Positions 39,786-50,260 of a stretch of 64,000 nt of DNA are shown here, in pieces. Made by a program: the position numbers and the translations under genes. Below the pieces are notes generated by a model. The model had not been told where the DNA came from. It did not search any database and was given only the letters and a program-made list of their open reading frames with translations. The DNA comes from Candidatus Bruticola sp. Its GTDB lineage: Bacteria; Vulcanimicrobiota; Xenobia; Xenobiales; Xenobiaceae. The stretch lies in assembly GCA_051874735.1 (NCBI GenBank), contig JBJEGD010000031.1, positions 98,681-162,680 of the forward strand, written 5' to 3'. Position 1 is the stretch's first letter. Every line of letters starts with the position of its first letter.

Positions 39786-40472
39786 TTATTCTCTTTCCTC
39801 AAGTAGTTCATTATAGCGATGAGGAAGTTCCAGAAGGCTATTTAACTTCAGATCGGCAGCCGCAAATTTTTTGTTATGGCGCATAGCCGGCTCAGGAATA
39901 GCTACGCAAGTCATTTTAGCCGCTTTAGCAGCAAATACGCCGTTAATAGAATCTTCTATAGCCAAACAGTCCACAGGATCTATTCCTAAGGCTTGAGCTG
40001 TATGGATATAAACGGCCGGATGAGGCTTGCCATAAGTTTCCTTTTCAGCAGAGCAGATGACAGAAAAAATATTTCGCAGTGACAAAGCTTCTAAAACGGC
40101 ATTGATAAGCATATAAGATGAAGAAGAAGCTAGAGCTAAGCGCAGTTTACGGTCTTGCAGAAAACTTATAGCTTCCATTACTCCCGGAAGTTTAGTGCCT
40201 TTTTCTTGTACTAGCTCAGCTACACGATATTGAATTTGCGCAGCTATGTCTGTACAGCTGGGATGAGACCAAGGATGCTGATGATGACGATAACGAACTA
40301 GCTCATCAATACGCACTCCCATAGTTTCCATACAGTCTTCTTCACTTAAATTTAATCCGACTGAGGCAAAAATTTCTCTCTCAGCTTGACGCCAGAAAGG
40401 TTCGGAGTCTAGTAAGACTCCGTCCATATCAAAAATACAAGCTGTGAACGGTTTAGACAAAGTAGTAGACAT
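39786..40472 (-). CDS. HAD-superfamily sugar-phosphate phosphatase (HxpB/YniC-like)
   Basis: IFDMDGVLLDSEPFW, LASSS, GKPHPAVY, IEDSINGV; ATG 40472 preferred. Confidence 0.88.
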   Translation of the reverse strand: MSTTLSKPFTACIFDMDGVLLDSEPFWRQAEREIFASVGLNLSEEDCMETMGVRIDELVRYRHHQHPWSHPSCTDIAAQIQYRVAELVQEKGTKLPGVMEAISFLQDRKLRLALASSSSYMLINAVLEALSLRNIFSVICSAEKETYGKPHPAVYIHTAQALGIDPVDCLAIEDSINGVFAAKAAKMTCVAIPEPAMRHNKKFAAADLKLNSLLELPHRYNELLEERE

Positions 40473-40620
40473 AACGACTCGCACTTTCGCTGATGGAAGC
40501 AAACTTCCCCTGTAACCAATAAACAGGGGGAATATTTGCCTTTTTTTATTACGTAGATCTATAATGTGGGCCGACTTTGTGCTCTGTCTATTCTTGTGTA
40601 TGACGTAAATTTAGCTATCG

Positions 40621-41592
40621 TTGAAGATAATCAGTTTAATTAAAAATATTCCGTTATTGTTTATGTTAGAACATGAATTTAACCGAAACAGTTCCGCTGC
40701 CAATAGTTTAGTAAAGGGCAGTTTTTGGAATCAGCGCACGGCTGATTTAGTTATGATCTGCATTGCTATGGCTTGGGGAACGTCGTATTTATTTATGAAA
40801 CTGGGCCTGGAAGTAATGCCACCTTTAAGTGTACTAGCTGTGCGTTTTTGGATCGCCTTTGCCGTTGTTTCCGCCATTTTCTTTAAGCATTTGCAGTGCA
40901 GTTGGACAATTATTGGTGGCGGTGCTCTGCTAGGTTTATTTACTTACGCTATGTGTGCTCTGTTAATTTTAGGTTTAAAGACTACTACAGCTTCTAATGC
41001 TGGTTTCTTAACTAGTACTGCAGTAGTTATGGTGCCTATTTTACACGCTTTGCTTACTAAGAGATGGCCCAATATCTCTGTAATTGCTGGCACCGTTTGT
41101 ACAGCTGCGGGTATCGGCCTGCTCACGCTTCAGAAGTCTTTGGTTTTTTATGAAGGCGATATACTTTGTTTTTTAGGGGCTATAGTTTACGCTTTCTATA
41201 TTATTTTGACTGATAAACTGAGCAAAGGGAATGATGGTTTACAGTTAGGTATTTGGCAACTTGGCTTTGCGGCACTCTACTCTTCTGTAAGCGCTATGCT
41301 CTTTGAAATTCCATCCTTGCCTTCCAATGTGTTAGGTTGGACAGCTGTTTTAGGGTTATCTTTAATAGGCAGTGCTTTTGCCTTTGTGGCTCAGCCTATA
41401 GCGCAAAAGTATACTACGCCAGAGCATACAGGAGTGCTTTTCTCATTAGAGCCAGTATTCGCTGCTCTTTTTGCCTTCATTTTTTTGCATGAAACTATAT
41501 CTGGGCGTGGATGTCTAGGAGTTGTATTTGTTCTCATTGGTATTGTGATTGTCTCGCTAACGTCTAAAGGGGCCCAAGAAAAAATATGTTAA
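40621..41592 (+). CDS. DMT/EamA family transporter
   Basis: About 10 TM helices, AWGTSY, RFWIA, TTASNAGFL, LEPVFA; start uncertain. Confidence 0.88.
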   Translation: MKIISLIKNIPLLFMLEHEFNRNSSAANSLVKGSFWNQRTADLVMICIAMAWGTSYLFMKLGLEVMPPLSVLAVRFWIAFAVVSAIFFKHLQCSWTIIGGGALLGLFTYAMCALLILGLKTTTASNAGFLTSTAVVMVPILHALLTKRWPNISVIAGTVCTAAGIGLLTLQKSLVFYEGDILCFLGAIVYAFYIILTDKLSKGNDGLQLGIWQLGFAALYSSVSAMLFEIPSLPSNVLGWTAVLGLSLIGSAFAFVAQPIAQKYTTPEHTGVLFSLEPVFAALFAFIFLHETISGRGCLGVVFVLIGIVIVSLTSKGAQEKIC

Positions 41593-41595
41593 AAT

Positions 41596-41640
41596 AAAAA
41601 AGCACTTGCCGTTTTTAATAGACGATTAAGTGCTTTTTTT
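41596..41640. terminator. Bidirectional terminator
   Basis: AAAAAAGCACTT...AAGTGCTTTTTT between convergent genes. Confidence 0.7.
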
Positions 41641-41676
41641 ATAATTTTTCAGCTTCTTAAAAGCCGATTATAAATA

Positions 41677-42498
41677 CTACCACCTAGGTGGACCGCCAGG
41701 ACCGCCCGGGCCGTGATGGTGCGGACCGCCAGGACCGCCCGGACCATGGTGTGGATGGTGAGGACCATGGGGACCAGGGCCAAGACCAGGACTCCAAGGA
41801 CTGTGATGATGATCGGGGCCTGGAGGAGGAGGGAAGCCTCCGCGTGGAGGAGGCGGCATTCGGAACAGATCGCCATGACGGTGTCCGTGTGGAGGAGGTG
41901 GAGGTGTTGGGAAAGGAGTATAGAGGCTAGCTCTTACAGTTTCTTCTGCTGTCTGAGAAACGGCACTAGATACGGCTGCAGCTCCTAAACCAACGGCAGC
42001 ACCGGCTACAGCTGCCTTACCAACGTTCGAATTAAAGATGCGCTCGCGCTCTCCTGTAGCAGGGGTATTAGGCTGATTTTGTTGACCAGCCTGAGCTGCC
42101 CGTTTGGCCATTTGGTTATTTTGTATATCATTGCCAATTTTAGCACCTATACCGCCGCCCAAAATTGAACCAAGCATGCTGCCGCCCATCATGCCTAAAG
42201 GGCCGCCTAACTTCATACCGAGGTTAATACCGAGCAGACCGCCGATACCCTGACCTATAACAGAACCAGCATAACCGCCCATGCCAAAACTTGGCATAGT
42301 CGCAGGATTAGCTGCGCCATTTAAAGGAATGCTGCTATCGAGAATTGCGGCCATTATAGGAACGCCTACGACAGCACCGGTAAGACTAGACATGGCCAGA
42401 GCCGTCATGGGATTCATAACGGGGCCGAATACTGAACCCGGACCCATAGGCCCGCCAAAAGGACCAGGGCCTCCGAAGGGAATACCAGGAGTGAACAT
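41677..42498 (-). CDS. Glycine-zipper protein with His/Pro/Gly-rich C-terminal tail
   Basis: RBS GGAGG (42506-42510, minus strand); GxxxG ladders GGYAGSVIGQGIGGLLG and GMMGGSMLGSILGGGIG; tail GPHGPHHPHHGPGGPGGPHHHGPGGPGGPPRW. Confidence 0.75.
   Translation of the reverse strand: MFTPGIPFGGPGPFGGPMGPGSVFGPVMNPMTALAMSSLTGAVVGVPIMAAILDSSIPLNGAANPATMPSFGMGGYAGSVIGQGIGGLLGINLGMKLGGPLGMMGGSMLGSILGGGIGAKIGNDIQNNQMAKRAAQAGQQNQPNTPATGERERIFNSNVGKAAVAGAAVGLGAAAVSSAVSQTAEETVRASLYTPFPTPPPPPHGHRHGDLFRMPPPPRGGFPPPPGPDHHHSPWSPGLGPGPHGPHHPHHGPGGPGGPHHHGPGGPGGPPRW
41690..41742. repeat. 20-bp direct repeat encoding GPGGPGGP units
   Basis: GGACCGCCAGGACCGCCCGG at 41690-41709 and 41723-41742. Confidence 0.8.
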
Positions 42499-42680
42499 AT
42501 TAGAACCTCCATCTACAAATATCTTAACTCATAATACCATATATTGGCTGTATATGGAGCAGAATAATTGTGAACATTTGTCACTAAATTAGCAATAATT
42601 TAGGCTAATAGACGAATTTTTTATATAAAACAGTAACTTTTGTCTGAAATTTACCAGACTGCGCAGTACAGCGAAAGTAT

Positions 42681-42716
42681 AAGGCCCCTGCATACTTAAA
42701 GCTGTGCGGGGGCCTT
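42681..42716 (-). terminator. Hairpin directly downstream of the pfa operon
   Basis: AAGGCCCC...GGGGCCTT stem ending 12 nt past the pfaBC stop; weak U-tract. Confidence 0.55.
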
Positions 42717-42728
42717 CAAGTAACGGGG

Positions 42729-45700
42729 TTATAGAGACGACAAAGATACGCTGAAGTCTTTCAGCTCATAAATTATTTTGCCGTCTGTTTCTAAAATGCC
42801 GTTAGCTTTTATATAAGGATTATTCCCTTGGCCTATTTCAGTAATTTCTGCCCTTACTATAGTTTCTTGGTTCGCTTGGGTTACTTGACCTCGGTAGAGC
42901 CAGTGATGGGGGCTATCTAGGGTAATGGCTGAGAAAGTGTGGCTTTTTTGCAAATTGGGCCATTTTTTAAGAGCGATTATTTTGAGAAGCTGAATAAAAG
43001 CTTCTAATCCTAGCGATCCGGGCATAACCGGATCTTGGAAGAAGTGGGCCTTAAAGAACCACTCTTGAGGATCGATACGTTTTCGGCCTACAGCTGCTCC
43101 TAATCCTAATTTTCCTCCTTGAGGATACCAAGCATATTCATCCAGCATAAGTAGAGCTTTACCGGGTAAAGATAAAGAAGCGGTTCTATTGTCTTGATTG
43201 TCACTTGGGGTTAAAGGAGCTAGCACTGGCAGCTTTTCAAAGGGTACTTCCTGGGCAGGATACCATAAACGTTTTGAGGCGCCACGAACTCCCACCTGAT
43301 CGGCCAGAGCTTTTTCTGTAAAGAAACCAAAAGTAGTTTGTCCTTCATAAATGAGGCGTCCTTTTTGGCTCATATTCATGTCAAAATCTTGAATGATAAG
43401 GCCGCCAGCTTCTGAAGACTTAGTAAGGCGCACTCTAATGGTGACCGTTCCTGATTTAGGATGAAGTTCCTCATGCAGGATTGAGGTTCCGCCTAAATTG
43501 CGGTAGTGCAGATTTTCGCTGCTATGCTTAGAAGAACCAGCATAACTAGATACCCAACCGCATACTTGCAGAGCTATTTCGTTAAGGACACAGAAAGGCA
43601 TGCGTCCAGTATGTCCAGCTTTGAAATACCAAGCATTTTCAGGTATATCGTACTGAGCCTCTACCCAGCCTCCAGGTACGGTTTTAAGGAAAGGATGATC
43701 GGCACTGACAATGCGGCTGACAAATTGGTAAGGCGGTCCAGGCAATCTAGCTATAAATTTAGTATCAAACTCGGCGAACTCCGGTCCAAAGGCTAAAGAA
43801 GGTTTCCCTATGGCAAACTGCATAAACTGCTCTTCGTTAAATATAGCCTTTTTTATAGGATCGCCTAAGTGAACCGCTGGTGGCTGTCTGCTGCTCCAAA
43901 GTTCTTCTAACTTAGCTCCAGTGGTGCCAGTTAACTGCATGGAAATATTTTCAAAGCCTACAACTCTTTTATTATCAGCGTACATAATTGCGTCTGCAAT
44001 AACATAAGGGTGAGGATTATAGCCTATTTCCTTGATCTCTACCTGATAACGCACCGTCTTTGTTGTCTGTAGTACAGGACCGCGACATTTAAGTACGGCT
44101 TTGACTCCAATAACCGGTTCATAGGCTATCTGGTTTTTTTCTCCTACCCAGCCTAAGCGGGTTAACAGGAAACGTAGGGCGTGAGCGCAGCATTCGTACA
44201 TTAAGGTACCAGGCATAACCATATCGTCAACAAAGTGGCAAGTTAGGTACCAATCTTCAGGATGGACGTCAGCTTCAGCTATAACTTTACCCAGCCCCCA
44301 GCGTCCTCCCTGGGGATCACATTCGGGAATACGATGAATTAAGCGCAGCAAACCGGAAGGTAAGCTGATAGGTTGATGCAGTGGCAAACCGGCAAAATCC
44401 GCTCCGAAACAGGCTTCTAAATCGCCGCGGCGTAAGGCTTCAACTTGCTCAGGACTGTAGCTGCCAGGGCTGAGAGGTACTAAATATTTCATATTAGGAT
44501 CTCTGCGCCCCTGTTTAGGACGGAGACTGTCTTCAGTCAGTACTAAACCGCCGTTATTGCGGATTTCATTGTGAGTGAAGAAACCAGCACAACCGTCGCG
44601 CATAGTGAGGAAAGTTTGTCCGTTTATAGTTCCTTCATATTCGAAGAAAAATAACCAAGTATCCCCTTGGTTGATAAAACGTTTAATACGAATGTCATAA
44701 TGAATCGTTTCACCTGGCTGAGGGAGCCCGCGATGGAAAGTAACATTGGCATCTAAAAGGCGGTAGACTCTCTTGCCTTGAGCCTTAAAATCTATACCTA
44801 ACCAACTGCAGAGGAACAGGTCAGCTTGTCCCGCTTCTACTGAAATAAAGACCGGAGCACGTCCTCCATCTAGATACCACATGCCGGGAACGACGTCGTG
44901 TTCAGTTATAACACGCCCAGAGCCCAAAGAGAGAGGTTCACCTTCTACGGATATTATACGATCAACCAGCATGAGAGGTTCGGCTGGCAAGCGAACTCGC
45001 GTAGAATAATTATCAACGGGAGCGAATTTCTCTCCGAGAACATGTCCAATTTTGCCCACAGCAAATTCCAGGCAGGCTTGTCTGTCCATAAAAACTTGCT
45101 GATTGGCAGAAGCTAATGATGGCTTATTACCGCAAATATAACCGTCAGAAGCTGTAAACTCTACACCGTGCAATTTTGTTTTATAAGTAGCCTTATGGCC
45201 GGGGGACGTCTGAGGCGATACTACTCTTCCAGCGGAAGCTGCGGATGGAGCGTCTATTCTACTAAGAGAAGCTCCCTTTAAACTGTCAGGTAGAACTTCG
45301 CTATCTGTATTATGGCCAATACATTGCTGTTGATTAGCAATATCGTTTGCTTTTAAAGAGCTATGTAAAGTTTGATTAGTAAGAGCTTTAACCTGATTGG
45401 GCTGGTAAGCTAAGTCATAACAAGCCAAATTTTGAGTCAAAATACTTTGACGCTGCAGTAAATCAGCTATAGCCTTAGAGCTTTCTTTAACAAAGTCAAG
45501 CCACTTATTATGACTTTGTTGGGAGAGTTGTGCAGAAGTCAGTAAAAGTTTTTCAATATTTTCTAAAGGACTGTTAGCAATATCGATATTTTGAACTGCA
45601 GATGAAGTGACTTCATCATTAGTCAAAAGGCTTGGCAAATGAGCTTCAGCTGGAACTGCAGAAACAGAACTTAACTGATTATGTTCTATATGATTCATAG

Positions 45701-48700
45701 CTTTTTCGGTTATTTTACCATTATTATGCAAATTATCGGCCGCTTTTAAAGGTTTATGAATCGCCTGAGAAGCATCCTCTTCTGTGTTGGGCTGCTTATT
45801 AGGCAAAGAAGCAAACTCCAGTGACAACTGGGCCGCTTGGGGAGTTGATGATTTACAGCTAGCTGATTTTGTGGCTGTCGCTAAAATAGGGGGAGCGTTA
45901 TTCCGAATAATATTATTGAATTCATTCGGTTGGGCTTCTTGACAACTTAATTTAAAGCATAAAGGCGGATCAAAGGGGCGACGTCCTAAAGCAATTTTTA
46001 ATAAACGCTTTCCAACGGAGATAGTCTCTTGCTTGTCTTTAGGGAATAGACTGCTAAGATCGGGACGCAGCCCCTGACTGATAGCTCCAGCTAGCAGGCA
46101 CTCTAAAGATGATAACTCAGATTTACCTCTGTTGCTTAAACTTATGGCAAAATGAGGTTTATCAGCCAAGATATTATTAATCATGCGAGTACATGAGGCC
46201 CCCGGACCCATTTCTAAGAAAATGCGCACTCCGTCTTGCCAAGCTTGACGTATAGTTTTAGTGTAATCGAATCCGAAGCGACCGTGGGCTACAATAGAAT
46301 CGGCTATTTTTTCTGAAGTTAAATTATAAGAGCGGTGGTAATAGCCGCTATAAAAATCGATGCCTGGTGGTGGAGTACAAGGTAAATAATGCATATCCCA
46401 GTATTGTTGAGCCACAGGATCGAGGCAGTCACAATGAACGGTATCCACGCCACTAACAAAAATAGCTTTAGTTTTTAATTTAGTGCAAAGTTTACTGATA
46501 GCTTCGCGAGTGCCTCCCACGACACATTCGTTATCAGTATTAATAATAAGTAAGCGAACTTGAGAAATAGTGGCTATAGCTTCTTTTACCTGAGAAGCTG
46601 GAACGCGGATGACACCAGCCATCCATTCAAACTTGGCGCCAGAAGGAATATTCCAAGCCCTTCTAGCTGCCAGACATTTGCCTGAAAGCTGCTCTCGGAA
46701 TAAGTCGGAACCTTCCATGCGCTTGTACATAAGATCTCTTTCAGGCCAAGCTCTTAGAGCAAATAAAGCTGCCGACTCTCCTAAGCTGTAACCTATGGCC
46801 GCCTGAGGTTCTAAGCCTAAACTACGCACAGCATCTGTAGTCAGCATGGCAAAACTGACCTGGCTGAACATCATTTTATGAGTGTCGGAGGCTAACGTTT
46901 TGAAGGCGTCTCGTTGCCAATTGTCAGACCAATCTAAACGGTAAGGTTGGTTCCAACGCGCCATAAATTCGTCAGCCATATAAAGATTTTCTCGATCGAA
47001 GCGCTCCATTAACTGAGGGAAGTGCAGAGCTAATTCTCTGCCTAAACCTAAGAAATTCGCCCCTGATCCGGGATATACAAAAGCTGTCCGACCTTGCTGA
47101 GCTAAGGGGTTGGGACTGTAAAAAATGGAATGGTTAGCTAGAGGCTTGTCGGCATATTCTTCTAAATGCTTAATAGCAAGTTTCAAACGTATATGGAACT
47201 CATTCCAAGGCTCTTCAGTCGATAAATCTATGACAAAAGCCATGGCTAGCTTATGTTGCTGATTCTGTTGCTTGTGCCAATAAGAGCCTAATCTTATTAA
47301 ATTGTCGACTTCACATTGATCTTGATCAAGCAACTTTTCTGCTTCAGTTTGCAGCTGCTTCAGCTGTTGTTTTAATTGCTCAGCAGTTTCAGCATAAGAA
47401 GCAAATATTACCGAGTTAATTTTATCTAAAGTATGCTGATGAGCGTGTGAGGCAGAAGAATCCACTAACTGATCTTGTGAAGCTGTTTCAGCTACAGGAG
47501 CTTCCTCCAAGATGATAGTCGAGGTCTGGTGCGGGTAGGACGTACATATTACGGCTGCGCATCGAGAGCCGTCAGCGCGTCTGCGGAACCAGAATGAAGG
47601 CTTAGTGTGGACGCAAAAACGGGACCCTGTCCAGTCTTCTCCGTCTAAAGGCTTAATAAATCGAGGAGAAGCTGGCAAGATGTGGTGTTCTAAACTAAGA
47701 GCGGTTTTTAAAGTAGAAGCTAAAGCTGAAGCCGCTCCGCATTGGCCTATAACAGAACTTACAGAGGTGACTGATAAAGGTATATCCCCTTTATCGATAG
47801 TCCGCCTAATTTGCTGTAGGTTTTCACGATAACAGGGCTCAGTTAACAGAGAGCCGTTGCTAAATTCTAGATAACTTAGCTTCTCAGGCGCTGTACCTGC
47901 TTGAGCGCAGGCTTGTTCTAAGGCTAATTGCACAGAAGAAGGTTGAGCGGAATGGTTACCAGTTTCTGAAGCTTGGCCAAAACCTTTAAGCAAACAATAA
48001 ATATGGTCGCCGTCTCGACGAGCGTCGCTTAAACGTTTTAACACGAAACAACAGCAGCCTTCACCGTATCCTTCGGGAAGCTCGGCAAAATGGGAATGAG
48101 CCGCCCGTACGTCACCTTGCAGATCTATGGCACCAACTAACGCTAAATCTAATTTCCTATTAAGTAACGCTTGGCTGCCCAATTTTAAAGCTGTCAAGCC
48201 AGAAGATTCTTGCGATGAAACTGTAAAAGAACAGCCGCCGAACTGAAATTCGCGGGCGGCTCGGCTAGCTGCGATACTGCCGAGCGCTCCCATAGTGCGT
48301 GTTGCATCAAGAGGAGCTGAAATTTCATCTTGCAAATTCTTAAGCCAGTCTTCTTCTTGCTCTGAATTTAAATTGAGTAATTTAGCAAGTTCGTGAGCTT
48401 TCTTCTCTAAATGCCAGCGCAAAGTAAAATTAGTTGAATTTAAGTCTAGCGCAATACCTATAAAGGCAGCTGCGCGATGGCGGCGCTGGCGAAGGGGCTG
48501 TTTAGCATCAGCCATAGCTTGAGCTGCTGTGTACAAAAGCAGAGTTTGCTGAGGCAGAATATGGGGGATATCTGCCGGAGGTACGCGAAATTGGCCTGGA
48601 GTTACAGATATGTCTTTAATATAAGCTTGTTGAGTAGAAATCGGCGTATAGATACCTTGCCAGCGATCGTCAGGTAGCTCTTCTAAAGCGGAAAGGCCGT

Positions 48701-50222
48701 TAAAGACTGCGTCTTTAAATTTCTCTGTGCTATTTAAAGAACCAAAATGGCCAGCTAGGCCAATAACCGCTACAGCATCTAATTTATCTGAGTTAGCAGT
48801 TGAAAGGTTAGGGCAGGAATCTGCTGTTTTACTAGCTCTTGCTTCGGAAGGAAATGGAGCGGTGTACTCTTCTAAAATTATATGAGCGTTAATTCCGCCA
48901 AAGCCGAATCCGCTGACAGCTGCTCGGCGTGGACGTCCCTCAGGTTGGGGCCAAGGTAGTTCCTGATTTTCTATGCGGAAGCAGCTATCTGCCAAAGGTA
49001 GATTGGAACGTTGAAAATTAACTTGGGGAGTAATAATTTTATGCTGCATATTGAGCAGCACCCTAATAAGACCAGCCGCTCCGGCAGCCGTCAGCAAATG
49101 GCCGATCATAGATTTGACTGAGCGGAGCTGACAAACAGAACCTTGAGGAGCATTCTCCCAAAGGGTTTGTAGGCTATTGAATTCTATTCTGTCTCCCACT
49201 GGAGTGCCTGTGCCGTGGCACTCTATTAAATCTATATCCCAGGGGTTAAGTTTGCATACTTCATAAGCTTGGCGCAAGCTGCGCAGTTGCCCTTCGCTGG
49301 AGGGAGCAACTAAACTTCCTTCAATATCGTTGGACAGTCCAGTGCCTTTAATAACAGCATAAATTTTGTCTCCTTGGGCTTCAGCATCGGCAAGACGTTT
49401 CAAAACGACCAAACCACAGCCTTCGCCCACCATTAGACCATCGGCTTTGACGTCGAAAGGAGAGCATACTCCACTGGGAGATAGAGCTCTCAAAGCGGAA
49501 AAGCCCATCTGAGTATATAGACAGTCTGGCCGAGAAACTCCTCCGGCGATCATAGCTTCCGCTTGGCCACTGCGCAGCTCCTCACAGGCTAATTCAATAG
49601 CCACTAAAGAACTGGCGCAGGCGGCGTCTAGGGTATAGCCTCCCAAACCTAAGCCCAAAGAGTTAGCGATCAGCTGTGCCGGCAAGCCTACAGGAGAAGC
49701 GTTGATGGCCCTGACTTCAGAGCTAGCGGCGCCGTTGCTAATAAAAGATGGTTGGATAGAAAATTCAGCAGTGTTGGGATAAGTCTCCTGAAGTTTGCTG
49801 CGCAGACGTTCCGCAAAATCGCTGCCCAAAATATTTTCGCTCAGCTCTACAGTTGTATCGGTAGGAAGAGCTATAGCGGCCATGATAACTCCGGTCCGCT
49901 CTTTCTTGATAGCAGTATTTTGCACAGCTTGGCGAGCAGTATTTAAGCTTAAAACAAATACTGGATCAGTTCCGTTTGGCAGTCCCTCATCTTCCGGCGA
50001 GGGAAGGTTGTGCAGATAATAGCCGCGTGTACAGCGCAGGCCGTCCGCTTTAGGGATAGGACTCAAATGTTTGGCGTCATCTATAGGCCAGCGATTGGAA
50101 CTAGGATGTTCCGAAAGATCTTGGGCTTCTTGAAGGCGGCGCCAATATTCTTCAGCATTGTGTGCTCCGGGAAAGTTTAGTCCGATGCCGACAACGGCTA
50201 TATCTGTATTTTGTTTTGCCAT
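42729..50222 (-). CDS. PUFA synthase subunit, PfaB/C fusion (Pfa3-like): KS-CLF-AT-FabA-type DH domains
   Basis: KS DAACASS/HGTGT/GHLL; CLF lacking the Cys (SSQESSG); AT GYSLG; FabA-type HFVDDMVMPG and HFFQDPVMPG, each preceded by a pseudo-DH. Confidence 0.9.
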   Translation of the reverse strand: MAKQNTDIAVVGIGLNFPGAHNAEEYWRRLQEAQDLSEHPSSNRWPIDDAKHLSPIPKADGLRCTRGYYLHNLPSPEDEGLPNGTDPVFVLSLNTARQAVQNTAIKKERTGVIMAAIALPTDTTVELSENILGSDFAERLRSKLQETYPNTAEFSIQPSFISNGAASSEVRAINASPVGLPAQLIANSLGLGLGGYTLDAACASSLVAIELACEELRSGQAEAMIAGGVSRPDCLYTQMGFSALRALSPSGVCSPFDVKADGLMVGEGCGLVVLKRLADAEAQGDKIYAVIKGTGLSNDIEGSLVAPSSEGQLRSLRQAYEVCKLNPWDIDLIECHGTGTPVGDRIEFNSLQTLWENAPQGSVCQLRSVKSMIGHLLTAAGAAGLIRVLLNMQHKIITPQVNFQRSNLPLADSCFRIENQELPWPQPEGRPRRAAVSGFGFGGINAHIILEEYTAPFPSEARASKTADSCPNLSTANSDKLDAVAVIGLAGHFGSLNSTEKFKDAVFNGLSALEELPDDRWQGIYTPISTQQAYIKDISVTPGQFRVPPADIPHILPQQTLLLYTAAQAMADAKQPLRQRRHRAAAFIGIALDLNSTNFTLRWHLEKKAHELAKLLNLNSEQEEDWLKNLQDEISAPLDATRTMGALGSIAASRAAREFQFGGCSFTVSSQESSGLTALKLGSQALLNRKLDLALVGAIDLQGDVRAAHSHFAELPEGYGEGCCCFVLKRLSDARRDGDHIYCLLKGFGQASETGNHSAQPSSVQLALEQACAQAGTAPEKLSYLEFSNGSLLTEPCYRENLQQIRRTIDKGDIPLSVTSVSSVIGQCGAASALASTLKTALSLEHHILPASPRFIKPLDGEDWTGSRFCVHTKPSFWFRRRADGSRCAAVICTSYPHQTSTIILEEAPVAETASQDQLVDSSASHAHQHTLDKINSVIFASYAETAEQLKQQLKQLQTEAEKLLDQDQCEVDNLIRLGSYWHKQQNQQHKLAMAFVIDLSTEEPWNEFHIRLKLAIKHLEEYADKPLANHSIFYSPNPLAQQGRTAFVYPGSGANFLGLGRELALHFPQLMERFDRENLYMADEFMARWNQPYRLDWSDNWQRDAFKTLASDTHKMMFSQVSFAMLTTDAVRSLGLEPQAAIGYSLGESAALFALRAWPERDLMYKRMEGSDLFREQLSGKCLAARRAWNIPSGAKFEWMAGVIRVPASQVKEAIATISQVRLLIINTDNECVVGGTREAISKLCTKLKTKAIFVSGVDTVHCDCLDPVAQQYWDMHYLPCTPPPGIDFYSGYYHRSYNLTSEKIADSIVAHGRFGFDYTKTIRQAWQDGVRIFLEMGPGASCTRMINNILADKPHFAISLSNRGKSELSSLECLLAGAISQGLRPDLSSLFPKDKQETISVGKRLLKIALGRRPFDPPLCFKLSCQEAQPNEFNNIIRNNAPPILATATKSASCKSSTPQAAQLSLEFASLPNKQPNTEEDASQAIHKPLKAADNLHNNGKITEKAMNHIEHNQLSSVSAVPAEAHLPSLLTNDEVTSSAVQNIDIANSPLENIEKLLLTSAQLSQQSHNKWLDFVKESSKAIADLLQRQSILTQNLACYDLAYQPNQVKALTNQTLHSSLKANDIANQQQCIGHNTDSEVLPDSLKGASLSRIDAPSAASAGRVVSPQTSPGHKATYKTKLHGVEFTASDGYICGNKPSLASANQQVFMDRQACLEFAVGKIGHVLGEKFAPVDNYSTRVRLPAEPLMLVDRIISVEGEPLSLGSGRVITEHDVVPGMWYLDGGRAPVFISVEAGQADLFLCSWLGIDFKAQGKRVYRLLDANVTFHRGLPQPGETIHYDIRIKRFINQGDTWLFFFEYEGTINGQTFLTMRDGCAGFFTHNEIRNNGGLVLTEDSLRPKQGRRDPNMKYLVPLSPGSYSPEQVEALRRGDLEACFGADFAGLPLHQPISLPSGLLRLIHRIPECDPQGGRWGLGKVIAEADVHPEDWYLTCHFVDDMVMPGTLMYECCAHALRFLLTRLGWVGEKNQIAYEPVIGVKAVLKCRGPVLQTTKTVRYQVEIKEIGYNPHPYVIADAIMYADNKRVVGFENISMQLTGTTGAKLEELWSSRQPPAVHLGDPIKKAIFNEEQFMQFAIGKPSLAFGPEFAEFDTKFIARLPGPPYQFVSRIVSADHPFLKTVPGGWVEAQYDIPENAWYFKAGHTGRMPFCVLNEIALQVCGWVSSYAGSSKHSSENLHYRNLGGTSILHEELHPKSGTVTIRVRLTKSSEAGGLIIQDFDMNMSQKGRLIYEGQTTFGFFTEKALADQVGVRGASKRLWYPAQEVPFEKLPVLAPLTPSDNQDNRTASLSLPGKALLMLDEYAWYPQGGKLGLGAAVGRKRIDPQEWFFKAHFFQDPVMPGSLGLEAFIQLLKIIALKKWPNLQKSHTFSAITLDSPHHWLYRGQVTQANQETIVRAEITEIGQGNNPYIKANGILETDGKIIYELKDFSVSLSSL

Positions 50223-50260
50223 ATTTAATAAACCCGTGTTGATAAGCTTAAAACTGTGTG

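Noticed and set aside
41690-41742. Possible mini-CRISPR from the 20-bp direct repeat
   Set aside because: Only two copies, a 13-nt spacer, in-frame coding, and no cas genes.
41649-41988. Overlapping ORFs with RTARTAR and DRQDRP repeats
   Set aside because: Alternative-frame readings of the GC-rich His/Pro/Gly tail of 41677-42498, which has the RBS.
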